From Octopus vulgaris (Eukaryota): a DNA stretch of 64,000 nt. Position numbers and translations under genes: made by a program. This document shows, in pieces, positions 52,254 through 64,000 of the stretch; position 1 is the stretch's first letter, and each line of letters opens with the position of its first letter. The DNA lies in the NCBI GenBank assembly GCA_951406725.2, contig OX597835.1, forward strand, positions 14,632,001 through 14,696,000, read 5' to 3'. The notes under the pieces are model-generated. The model saw only the letters and a list, made by a program, of their open reading frames with translations. It was not told the DNA's origin and did not search any database.

Positions 52254-52542
52254 TCAAAATATATTGTAGACATTCAGTGCATAAAATAATGTTTATGTAT
52301 ACTCAAGCATATGTCTATGTATTTTTATCCTCTGTATAAATATCTAAGTAAATTTGTATATTTAATAATGATATATATTCGTCCGACTACAGCTGGGCTT
52401 TGTGGGGTCGTTGGTGACTGATCAGGCCAACCTGCACTCGGAAGGTTCTTTGGCAGTATGGACAAGGATTGGTGGCGGTAGCTGGGGATTCGTCGGTTTA
52501 CCTCGCCTGTCTGTTTTCATGTAATATCGTATGAAATGTACA

Positions 52543-52920
52543 CTGTGTGGTAAGTAGCTTGCTTGCCAACCACATGGTTCCGGGTTCAGTCCCACTGCGT
52601 GGCACCTTGGGCAAGTGTCTTCTACCATAGCCTCGGGCCGACCAAAGCCTCGTGAGTGGATTTGGTAGATGGAAACTGAAAGAAGCCCGTCGTATATATG
52701 TATATATTAGTATATATGTGTGCGTGTGTGTTTGTGTGTCTGTGTTTGTCTCCCTAGCATTGCTTGACAACCGATGCTGATGTGTTTATGTCTCCGAGAC
52801 CGATAGAATAAGTACTGGGCTTGCAAATAATAAGTCCCGGGGTCGAGTTGCTCGACTAAAGGCGGTGCTCCAGTATGGCCGCAGTCAACTGACTGAAACA
52901 AGTAAAAGAGTAAAGAGTAA

Positions 52921-52922
<2 letters not shown>
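52543..52922 (+). mobile_element. SINE B
   Basis: B consensus with an internal deletion. Confidence 0.9.
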
Positions 52923-52962
<40 letters not shown>

Positions 52963-52964
<2 letters not shown>

Positions 52965-53315
52965 AGCTGAGTGGTAAGATTGCTTAGCAACAAGGTTCTG
53001 GGTTCAGTCCCACTGTGTGCCATATTAGGTATCTTCTGTTGTAAGCCTCGGGCCCCACTTAACCCTTGTGTTTGGATGTGGTAGATGGAAACCAAAAGAA
53101 GTTCGTAGTGTGTGTGTGAGTAGTTGTTTCTTTGTCCCTCATCACTGCTTGTCAAGCGGTGTTGGTTTGTTTATATTCCCATAGCAAAGAGATTCGGCAT
53201 AATTACCGAGATTCAGAAAAATAAGTACTGGGCTCGAGTTATTCGACTGAAACCCTTCAAGGCGATGCCCCAGCATGGCCGCCGCCCAATGACTGTAACA
53301 AGTACAAGACAAAGT
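52963..53315 (+). mobile_element. Degenerate SINE B
   Basis: gctgagtggtaagattgctt...gggttcagtcccactg...ccagcatggccgc. Confidence 0.75.
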
Positions 53316-53909
53316 ATATAGATATACATATTTTTGTTTGTTTGTTCACGCATCTGTTTAAGATACGAACAAATGTAAATTGATATATCCTCATAAATAA
53401 AATGTGTGTGTATATATAAATCTATCCCCCGTCTTTTGTTATATATATAAATTTAAGATTGTGTGTGTGTATATACAATCTTAAATTTTATACAGTTTTA
53501 AAAAACATTGGATATTTATATGGAAAACAAAAAAATATATATATATATTTTGCAAGTTCATTTCCAATAAAAATGTCAGCTACTATCAAGAAAAGTTTTC
53601 TGTTAAATTTGTTGACTTCAAACTAGTTACTTCTGTACAAAACACTCACATAGACACCCAAGCCTACGCACATTTATAAAATGGACACACTTATACATAA
53701 ATGTATATATGCATAAATCCATATGAATAAATAATATACGAATCTTACATATATTACACATATGAATGCATAATATATTGCACATATGCATACATATATA
53801 TGCGTGTGTTTGTATATATATATATATATGTATTTATTCAAAAAGCCCAAGAATATGTAAATAAAACTAATTTTTAGGTACAAATATTTATTTGAAAATA
53901 GGAATTGAC

Positions 53910-54370
53910 AAACAGACGCACAGACACATGTAGGAACAAGTACATACGTATACATGTGTACATGTATGTGTATAAATATATTTGTGTACATAAGTAAACG
54001 CATTTATGTCATGTAATATACATGTTTGTGTGTGTGTTTATGAATTCGTTCATGTATGTATATATTTGCAATGCCTTCATGTGTGTGTGTATATACGTGT
54101 GTGTGTCTATGTTCATATATGTATGCAAACATACGCACAGACACATGTAGCAACAAATACATACGTATACATGTGTACATGTATATGTATAAATATATGT
54201 GTATTTAAACGCGTTTATGTCATGTAATATACATGTTTTTGAATGTGTATATATGAATTCGTTCATGTATATATATATATATTTGCTTGCCTTCATGTGT
54301 GTATATATACGTGATTGTGTTTGTGTCTATGTTTATATAAGTATGCAAATATATGCACACACAGAAATGT
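53910..54370. repeat. About 217-bp imperfect tandem duplication
   Basis: cacagacacatgtag...atgtcatgtaatatacatgttt occurs at about 53919 and 54136. Confidence 0.85.
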
Positions 54371-54984
54371 TTGTATATAAATTTGTAGATAGAACATTGT
54401 GTATATACGTATATAATTTGTATAGTTGTATATGTATGTAAATATATATATATGTATAATATAGACACATACAAGTACATATCACAGAATATACCATATT
54501 CTTCTCCATCTATAGTCCTCATATATTCATATATTCATAGGTGTGTGTTATGAGAATCAAACAAGAAGGTACATGCAACCAACTTCATAGCACAACTGTT
54601 ATTCATTGATTGAACAGAACAACTAGAATGATCTCAGAGTCGCTTTTATACGATCGAAAACACGCCTCCGTCTTTGCTTCCTTGTATTCCACTGATTAAA
54701 CTAACAGTAAATGAATAGAATAAACAAATGTGTTTCTATTATCAATAGCAATGTCATAAAGGAGTTCGTGGAAGTTTGCGACACTGTACACATCAGACAC
54801 TTACGCACTTCTACGCAACGTATACATACGGGTGTATGTGAGTATATCTATGCGTGCTTCTGAGTATATCAGAGCGTATGTGTCGTGTCTCTCTATATAT
54901 GTGCGTTTGTCACTAATATAACGAAAATAGATTTTCGCGAAAAGAATTTTTGGCACAGAGGTCAGTGATGATTGAAATGAAATG

Positions 54985-55316
54985 ACCCCCTTCGGTCAGA
55001 CACTGACCATGGGTTTGCACCTAGAGAGTTACCCTCTGAGTCACAAGTCTGGGCAAGATTGGTTTATGGAAGACCAGCAGTCGCCCATGCATACCGGTCT
55101 CCCCTCTCCACGTCACCGATGTTGTCCAAGGGAAAGGCAAAGGGGCCAATACAGCTTGGCACCTGTGACGTCGCAACTCATTTCGACAGCTGAGTGAACT
55201 GGAGCAACGTGAAATAAAGTGTCTTGCTCAAGAACACAACACGCAGCCCGGTCCGGGATTCGAGCTCACAACCTCACGATCGTAAGCTCGACGCTCTAAC
55301 TACTGAGCCACGCGCC
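54985..55316 (-). mobile_element. SINE D, well preserved
   Basis: Minus-strand head ggcgcgtggctcagtagttagagcgtcgagc...ctcgaatcccgg. Confidence 0.92.
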
Positions 55317-55388
55317 TTTATATATATCGTAATGAGATTTTTAAAAAAACCAAGGCTGAGTAGGTTTTTGAAAATTTATAGATAGAGG

Positions 55389-55436
55389 TTCTTACAGCTG
55401 TTTCCAGGATATTTATTATATCCCTTCATCGGAGAC
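55389..55436 (-). ncRNA. Type-I hammerhead ribozyme motif with palindromic stem III
   Basis: tct-CCGATGA-ag-ggatat(aataa)atatcc-tg-GAAAC-agct-GTA-aga. Confidence 0.65.
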
Positions 55437-55763
55437 GGTATGAGAGGATGGTTAAGTAATAGTTAATTTAGATAGGATACGAAATAGAGAGTGAGGTGGA
55501 GGAAAGAAAATAGATGTGAGATATGTAGGGATATTGAATTTGTAGATCCATTTTTTAGGCAGAATGGTATATGATTCCAATACCTTATGAGAAAAATTCA
55601 TCCATATATATACATACATATATAAATTAGAAAAAAAAACACCTTTTATCAATTCAAAATGAACAATTAAATTACACCGTCTAGAAAATAAAAGGTGTTT
55701 TTATTTATTTAGTATTTCTAAATTGAATTTTTCCCTGTAAGTTAGGAATAATATTCCCTCAAA

Positions 55764-55809
<46 letters not shown>

Positions 55810-55812
<3 letters not shown>

Positions 55813-56045
55813 TAAGGGAACAAGTAATGCAATTTCATTAGCAAACAGCTGTTTCTGCTGCAAGATGCAATGTACGCTATTATGAATGCATTGCATCTCA
55901 CCAGAAACAGCTGTAGTTTATTACGTAAGTTCTGGTTTCCTCGTCCTTTATATAATCTCCTAATACGCTCTGTACTCGACTAACGCCTTTCTCTGAAGGA
56001 TACGCCTATTGAGTTCTAACACCGGGTTTATTAGTATCGTCTGAC
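55810..56045. mobile_element. Penelope-pLTR-like remnant with inverted duplication around GAAACAGCTGT
   Basis: acagctgtttctg..agatgcaatg pairs with cattgcatct..cagaaacagctgt as a hairpin (55845-55914); (TA)n flank. Confidence 0.55.
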
Positions 56046-56954
56046 TATTAATTATACTATCAGAGCATGGAACTTATAAATGCCTACATTTATATCATGT
56101 GTGTGGGTGCATAGTCTACTTTACCATTAATGTAATAACAGCAAAAAAGTAATTCGTCCAGTGAGAGATAAATATTGTTTAATGTAAATAGTATATGGTT
56201 ATGAACTAGTAGTTTCATACGCTGGAGATATTTTCTAGACAATTTTTAATAATATGCTTACTGTCTCTGAGTAATCTTCGGGTTCTGAGCACGCGGCTTA
56301 TACAAGTTAGAAATCAGGACACTAGAAATAGAGAAATCACGAGAAAAGAATAGAGGATGCTGGATGAAAAATTTGAATTTTTTATGAAAAAGTTGCAGTT
56401 GAGTTTATACAATAAACTCCGTCTATATGAGGCAGTTTTCGGCACATGAACAAAAGTAAGGTTACTAACTTGGCAGAGCACGTGTGGGGCTTAAGGACCA
56501 ACTCCATGCCATATACAATCAAATGGAAAATCGTAGAAAAATCCATGCGGCATGTTAATGGATCTGAAAAAAAATACCAAATTATGGGTAGCATAACTGC
56601 TGAACACTAGATCAGAAAAGTTTTATCAAATGCAAACAGAGGGCTGGTTTCTTGGAAGAGTGAGGGGGGGGGATAACCATAAATATGTTTCTGGTTATAA
56701 ACTGTCATAGACAGAACATAGTTCTACAGAGGTGCTATAGAATATTGCTGGGATGCTGTGGAAGGAAAGATATTATGAAGTGCAAATCTGAAACAATCTT
56801 GATTGTCTATGCCGGATAAATCCGTTACAGATCACGCTGAACTAACTCGTTACAGTCCAAAATAAATCTCTTGGAATCATTACAATTGACGGAGCTAAAA
56901 GCGTTAAACTGCGGAGTCAAAAGCTTAAGACACAACATGGTGGATGCTGCAACA

Positions 56955-57598
56955 TCTCTCTCTATATAAACGGCAGTTTGTCTGTCTGTGTGTCTGTCAG
57001 GTTGTACCCTCACGCTGACCACGGCTTTCAACCGATTCTGATGAAACTTGACACACACATAGCCCAATGTCATAATTCAAAACTAACGCAGCGAAAGTTT
57101 TGAAAAGTTCCCCCAGTTCTGAAAAAGATTGCTAAATTAGACATGGGATCGAGAATCTAAGCTTTTCATATGCAACGCATTTTCTGTTGTAGTTTTCGCA
57201 ACTTGCAATTGATTTTCACCAAACTCATGGTGAAGCTTAATGTTACCCTAAGAAACTTAATTCTGACATTAGTTTTCCATGCAATAGCTTACCATCAGAA
57301 AAAATCGATAAAATCATGCCATTTTGGGAAATCGCGTTCAAATTCAAGATAACGTATTTTCGACAATATCTTTCACAAATTGGCAGGAATTTTTTTTTAA
57401 TTCACAGCGAGCATCATGTCTGCTCCAAGGAGCTATATGGCCCTTTTTATTCCAATAGGATACTTTATTACTGGAAAAAAATCGGTTAATTAAATCATAT
57501 GTGGCACACATAGCAAACCGATTTGTGTATTAAACACAAACCACAGACTGTCTAGGGGACGCCTTCCATACCCGGGCAACGCCGGGCTATGCTGCTAG
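56955..57598 (+). mobile_element. Non-autonomous Helitron
   Basis: 5' end A|TCTCTCTCTATATAAA; 3' hairpin cccgggcaacgccggg then ctatgctg-CTAG|T. Confidence 0.9.
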
Positions 57599-57829
57599 TT
57601 CTTTTATAAAACGCATACCTTTCTAAATAACATAATGCTAGCACCTGAACATTATTGACGCAGTTTTAGAAAAAACTAGTTCGTTAATTCCTGCTCATGG
57701 CTTCTACTACAACCGATGCCAGAAGCACTGTCTGGAAAGAAACTTTCTGCAGACGTCTATCAGACTTTGGAGCAATCTTCCAGAGATTATTGGCTACAGA
57801 CGTCGAAAGACTGAGTGAACAAACATCTG

Positions 57830-57901
<72 letters not shown>

Positions 57902-57939
57902 ATCGACATAAATACAAGTTCTTTGAAAATAAACGTTCA

Positions 57940-58810
57940 TGTTTCAGTTCTTTGACTGCGGCCATGTTGGAGCGCCGTCTTGAAGTATATTATGTTTCTT
58001 TATTACCCACAAGGAGCTAAACATAGAGGGGACAGACAAGGACAGACAATAAACGAATTAAGTCGATTACATCGACCCCAGTGCGTAACTGGTACTTAAT
58101 TTATCGACCTCGAAAGGATGAAAGGCAAAGTCGACCTCGGCGGAATTTGAACCCAGAATATAACGGCAGACGAAATACGGCTACGCATTTCGTCCGGCAT
58201 GCTAACGTTTCTGCTAGCTCTAGTCGAACGAATCGACCTCAGTAGTTATTTTGTTGTAAAGCCGCGTACATATTTTATCGTTTTTTTTGCCGAATCGCTA
58301 GATAACTAGACGTAAACACACCTAGACCGGTTTCAAGCGGTGGTGGGTCACGCACACACATTTTACATACTCGATGAGATTCTTTCAGTTTTCTCAATCA
58401 AACCCACTCAAAAGGCTTTAGTCGACCAGAAGCTATAATAGATAAAGCTCCACGAGGCTCCGGCAGGGGATGGTGGTGATCCCTGCTGTACTCTTTCACC
58501 ACAACTTTCTCTCACTCTTACTTCCTGTTTCTGTTGTACCTGTATTTCAAAGGGCCGGCCTTGTCACTCTCTGTGTCACGCTGAATATCCCCGAGAACTA
58601 CGGTAAGGGTACACGTGTCAGTGGAGTGCTCAGCCACTTACACGTTAATTTCACGAGCAGGCTGTTCCGTTGATCGGATCCATTGGAACCCTCGTCGTCG
58701 CAACCGACGGAGTGCTTTCTCCTCCAATAATAGATACTTTCCCATGGTGCCACGCGGTAGGATTGAATCTGGAACTATATGCTTCGGAAGTAAACTTCTA
58801 TCCACACACC
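57940..58810 (-). mobile_element. Old SINE B with nested SINE A1 (57992-58220, minus) and 5'-truncated SINE C1 (58445-58720, plus)
   Basis: The B fragments rejoin across the inserts; the C1 insert is flanked by ataatagata. Confidence 0.82.
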
Positions 58811-59079
58811 CACGCTTTCACACACACACACACACACACACATGAAGCTGAATAATACATTCTCTTCACTGGTTATGCGAAAGGCTTTCCGGGCTGTAAA
58901 ATGACGCAGTGAAGGAATATATATACATATGCATATACACGCGTATATATATATGCTAGTATATACATGTGTGCATTTAATAAATGAATGGATATGTGTA
59001 TGCATGTATTCATAACATGAATGTGCGAGTTGTGTTTGTACGCTTATATAATATATTCATGCACATACACGGTCGCATA

Positions 59080-59138
<59 letters not shown>

Positions 59139-60728
59139 TAAGGTATGTAGAAAAATACAACATGGACAAGAACGTATAACTCTTAGAAGACGACACAATA
59201 AACACGGACAGGACATTCGAAACCCTCAGTCTTCAGTCAAGAACCGGATCATCGTAGTAATTTCGGCTGATTAATCTTGAGATTACTAGATCACGGCCAG
59301 CCCTCCAAGAAAAACCAAGCAACGAGCATTAGAAAAACTAAGCTGGAAGCGTAGATTTCCTGGAAGAAGGATCGAATGCATACGAACACCAGGACAGCAA
59401 AAGGGACAGATATAAAAAAACAAAAAACAATAATGGAATACAGAAACATGAAATACAGAAGCATTAACGGTGAAAACAACAGTGTCTTACGACTGATAAC
59501 AAGCAAACAAATTTTTTCTCTGGCGCAATGGAAAAAGCCTTTATAGTGGCGGACGAAAACAGCGATGTTAACAGAACGAGGGTCAGAGGCTGAAAGGCAG
59601 ATTTCGGCCAACAGTCACGTGACAGAGAAGAGGGAAAAGAAAAGAAAGAGAAGCAAAGGAAGAGAGAGAGAGAGGAGGGACAAACGCAACAAAGAGAGAG
59701 AAGAGAGAGAAAGAAGGAATCAGAGAGAGAGAAGGGATGGGTGTCGAAGAATGACCTGTGAGTGCAGAGCGAGACAAAGAAATAGGAGGGTAGTGGAAGA
59801 CTAGACCAAAGAATCAGAGGAAAGAGAAGAGAAAAAGAGGATGAGTAGAGAGAAAAGAGAGAGAGGGGGACAGATCAAGTAAAAATGAGAGAGAGAGAGA
59901 GACAAACAGAGAGTCGTACCAATTATTAAGAATATGTGCTCACATAAATGTTAAGGGGGGTACGGGGCGCCTGGAATATATGTTAAGGTATGTAGAAAAA
60001 TACAACATGGACAAGAACGTATAACTCTTAGAAGACGACACAATAAACACGGACAGGACATTCGAAACCCTCAGTCTTCAGTCAAGAACCGGATCATCGT
60101 AGTAATTTCGGCTGATTAATCTTGAGATTACTAGATCACGGCCAGCCCTCCAAGAAAAACCAAGCAACGAGCATTAGAAAAACTAAGCTGGAAGCGTAGA
60201 TTTCCTGGAAGAAGGATCGAATGCATACGAACACCAGGACAGCAAAAGGGACATATATAAAAAAACAAAAAACAATAATGGAATACAGAAACATGAAATA
60301 CAGAAGCATTAACGGTGAAAACAACAGTGTCTTACGACTGATAACAAGCAAACAAATTTTTTCTCTGGCGCAATGGAAAAAGCCTTTATAGTGGCGGACG
60401 AAAACAGCGATGTTAACAGAACGAGGGTCAGAGGCTGAAAGGCAGATTTCGGCCAACAGTCACGTGACAGAGAAGAGGGAAAAGAAAAGAAAGAGAAGCA
60501 AAGGAAGAGAGAGAGAGAGGAGGGACAAACGCAACAAAGAGAGAGAAGAGAGAGAAAGAAGGAATCAGAGAGGAGAAGGGATGGGTGTCGAAGAATGACC
60601 TGTGAGTGCAGAGCGAGACAAAGAAATAGGAGGGTAGTGGAAGACTAGACCAAAGAATCAGAGGAAAGAGAAGAGAAAAAGAGGATGAGTAGAGAGAAAA
60701 GAGAGAGAGGGGGACAGATCAAGTAAAA
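59139..60728. repeat. 845-bp near-identical partial tandem duplication flanked by (TA)n
   Basis: Units start at ttaaggtatgtagaaaaatacaac (about 59138 and 59983); the duplicated ORFs at 59291 and 60136 are offset by 845 bp. Confidence 0.95.
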
Positions 60729-61454
60729 AATGTATATATATATATACATACACACACACACACATACACGCATGCTCATATATATTGCATTAATAAAAGT
60801 TTATCTCTAGCTTGAAGCCATGTCTGTAACACCATTTTAAGAATTTATCGTCAAACGATGGATTTTTTAAATTATTCAAAACTGTCAATTTTTCCTTTTT
60901 CTTTTTTTTTTTTTTTTAAGAATCTTATCCCCTTTTCGTGACTTGAACATTTTTGCAAAATTTTTAGAATTGAATGATTAATGCCATATTATGTTCTAAG
61001 TATTTTTCTTGGGGATTACACAGGCAGAATAGCATTCTTAGCGTGCTTCCATCAATTCTGAAACCATACTGTGTTGCTATGTATTACAGAGGATTCTGGG
61101 CGCTTTGAGAACATTTTGTACATTTACACAAGTATTCTGGTACAATACTTGTAAAACACATCTAAAATTTTCTCCTATCCTTGCAGAAATAATAATACTA
61201 ATTTTAGTCATTCACGTTTGAGGGTTTAAAGTTCCGTGTATTTTATATGTAAACGTCATTTACCTATCGTTTGTTTATGCAGATGGCGTGTCTGAAATAT
61301 TTAATTATTAAATATATATTTCCTCCTTCAACAAATGCGCTATTGTCTAATATTTAGTCCATTCTCTATTTGCTGCCAAGTTCTTTACTTGGATGCAATG
61401 AATTTCGAACCTTGTTGGTTATTGCCGTAATGCCTTTTCACTGATAAGGGATCC

Positions 61455-61735
61455 CCATTGCAGAAATTGACCCCGAGCTTATTTTGAAAGTCTGGTACTT
61501 ATTCTATCGATCTCTTTTGCCGAATGGCTTGGTTACACGCACATAAACCAACACCAGTTGTCAGGTGGGGAGGGGAGACAAACACAAGAACACACACATA
61601 CATGTATGCGACGAGATTCAACACAGTTTCCGTCTACCAAATTCACTCAGAAAGCATCGGTGAGCCTGGGGTTATAGAAGGCGACATTTGCCGAATGAAC
61701 TACGCAGTTGAACTGAGCCTAACACAATGTGGCTG
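61455..61735 (-). mobile_element. Degenerate SINE B
   Basis: ggtacttattctatcgatctcttttgccgaa...cagtttccgtctaccaaattcactc. Confidence 0.75.
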
Positions 61736-61828
61736 TAAAAATAGGATTCTCTGCATTATATGCTTAATACATGGAAAGTACCTTTTGAGTGAGGTACTCT
61801 TAGAAAAAAGAAGTGGTGTTCCTATATA

Positions 61829-62418
61829 TATTTCTTTATTGCCCACAAAGGGCTAAATATATAGGGGACAAACAAGGACAGACAAACAGATTAGGTCGAT
61901 TACGTCGACCCCAATGCGAAACTGGTACTTTATTTATCGACCCCGACAGGATGAAAGGCAAAGTCGACCTCGGCGGAATTTGAACTCAGAACGTAACGAC
62001 AGACGAAATACCTATTTCTTTACAACCCACAAGGGGTTAAACATAGAGGGGACAGACAAGGACAGACAAACGGATTAAGTCGATTACGTCGACCCCCTGT
62101 GCGAAACTGGTACTTTATTTATCGACCCCGAAAGGATGAAAGGCAATTCGACCTCGGCGGAATTTGAACTCAGAACGTAACGACAGGCGAAATACCTATT
62201 TCTTTACTACTCACAAGGGGCTAAACATAGAGGGGACAGACAAACGGATTAAGTCGATTACATCGACCCCAGTGCATAACTGGTACTTATTTAATCGACC
62301 TCGAAAGGATGAAAGGCAAAGTCGACCTCGGCGGAATTTGAACTCACAGCGTAACGATAGACGAAATACTGATGAGCATTTCGCCCGGTGTTCTAACGTT
62401 TCTGCCAGCTCGCCGCCT
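61829..62418 (-). repeat. SINE A1 trimer (one head plus three units)
   Basis: Junctions gaaatacctatttc at about 62006 and 62189. Confidence 0.93.
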
Positions 62419-62777
62419 TGTATATAGTGAAAGAGTAAATGGTATGAAAACGGTTGAGAAACACTGCCCTATGTATATAAATCTTAGCAGGAAAGCTATT
62501 ACACTGTGATGCTTCGAGTGACACAGCATCTGACAGATGCGCTCCTTGTGTCCAGAAATCGACTTGACAATATTTTCCTGTTCATTGTGTTGCGCTGCAC
62601 GAATGAAGAATGAGAAGCAATTAATTCTATCTCCTCCAAGTCGAAGACGTCAAGCGGTGTTCCCCATAAGTTGATTCCAAATTTTGATGCAAGGCCAGCA
62701 ATTTCGGTGGAGTAGGGATAACTTGATAACATCGACTCCCCCTCCGCCAATGATCAACTGGTACTTATTTCGTTAAA

Positions 62778-63192
62778 GGCGGCGAGCTGGCAGAACTGTT
62801 AGCACGCCGGTCGAAATGCTTAGCGGTATTTCGTCTGCCGTTACGTTCTGAGTTCAAATTCCGCCGAGGTCGACTTTGCCTTTCATCCTTTCGGGGTCGA
62901 TAAATAAAGTACCAGTTAGGCACTGGGGTCGATGTAATCGACTTAATACCTATGTCTGTCCTTGTTTGTCCCCTCTGTGTTTAGCCCCTTGTGGGTAATA
63001 AAGAAATAGGTATTTCGTCTGCCGTTACGTTCTGAGTTCAAATTCCGCCGAGGTCGACTTTGCCTTTCATCCTTTCGGGGTCGATAAATTAAGCACCAGT
63101 TACGCACTGGGGTCGATGTAATCGACTTAATACCTATGTCTGTCCTTGTTTGTCCACTCTATGTTTAGCCCCTTGTGGGTAGTAAAGAAATA
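62778..63192 (+). repeat. SINE A1 dimer within a single TSD
   Basis: Junction aagaaatag|gtatttcg at about 63009; flanks ggtact(t)atttcgtt. Confidence 0.93.
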
Positions 63193-63707
63193 GGTACTAT
63201 TTCGTTGACTCGGATAATTGCTCGGCTGTCAACTCGCCGACTTAGTGTCCCCATAAATTATTGAGCTACGTTTTAGAGGTTTCGGGTTTCACTCGTGCCT
63301 TGTAGAAATTCGAGATGTTACATAAAACCACCGAGCAGCTATACTATTCAATTCCAACACGATCTATTTACCATCTTCCCAGCATAATTGCGAAATACCT
63401 CTATTCAGGGGACCGTACAATCCCCTATTATTGAAATGCCATTCTCAATTGTTTTTAAAATACTAATTCTAGCAAGTAGACCCATTAAAATATCTTAGCA
63501 GGTTCGCTCATCCCCCGGCAAAAGAAGGTACCCAGCTATGACCACCCACTTCGAGAATCAGCAATAAGTTATAATGAAATACATTCTTTTCGCTTAGGAC
63601 AACGATTTGTAAGTTTTCTCTGTTACTATGAAATTGGTACCCCTAGGGGGCCACATCGTACTGGGAGCCTGTCTCTCGCTAAAACAACACAAAATGGAGA
63701 TTCCGAT

Positions 63708-64000
63708 TACTCTTTTATTCTCTTGTTTCAGTCATGTGACTGTGGCCATGCTGGAGCACCGTCTTTAGTCGAGCAAATCGACCCAAGGTCTTATTCTTTG
63801 TAAGCCTAGTACTTATTCTATCGGTCTCTTTTACTGAACCGCTAAGTTACGGGGACGTAAACACATCAGCATCGGTTGTCAAGCGATGTTGGGGGGGGGG
63901 CAACAAACACAGACACACAAACATATACACACACATACATATATATATACACATATATATGACGGGATTCTTTCAGTTTCCGTCTACAAAATCCACTCAT
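63708..64000 (-). mobile_element. SINE B running off the window end
   Basis: Reverse complement of the B consensus. Confidence 0.9.

Noticed and set aside
53443-53492. About 18-bp inverted repeat
   Set aside because: AT-rich and surrounding a microsatellite; probably a local repair product.
54770-54810. Minus-strand CTGATGT...CAAAC hammerhead-like string
   Set aside because: Two core mismatches and no stems.
57030-57050. CTGATGAAAC hammerhead-like string
   Set aside because: There is no stem II, and it lies within ordinary Helitron subterminal sequence.
59291-59611. 106-aa hydrophobic ORF duplicated at 60136
   Set aside because: It arises from the pyrimidine-rich strand of a repeat and has no recognisable domain.

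Overview
This is an AT-rich, repeat-saturated eukaryotic window with no recognisable intact protein-coding gene; nearly all track ORFs are microsatellite or SINE artefacts. The SINE repertoire and microsatellite load suggest a coleoid cephalopod such as Octopus (inference). It contains about 45 copies or fragments of at least four tRNA-headed SINE groups (my labels A-D), three Helitrons with intact termini (one carrying a Rep fragment), a decayed mariner, and a decayed Penelope-like GIY-YIG segment. There are also a LINE-ORF1-like zinc-knuckle relic, several MITEs, micro- and minisatellites, local tandem duplications and one promoter-like unique island (7.7-8.5 kb). Three signals stand out. 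(1) SINE A forms head-to-tail concatemers at three separate loci with the same junction (tail GAAATAG joined to internal GTATTTC); the two ends of the unit are complementary, which suggests a circular/rolling-circle or self-targeting mechanism. (2) Five type-I hammerhead-ribozyme-like motifs, plus an inverted partial one, sit in short elements in or near (TA)n tracts. (3) Two of the SINE arrays lie in inverted orientation and could form long dsRNA. Coordinates were read by eye and may be off by a few bases.
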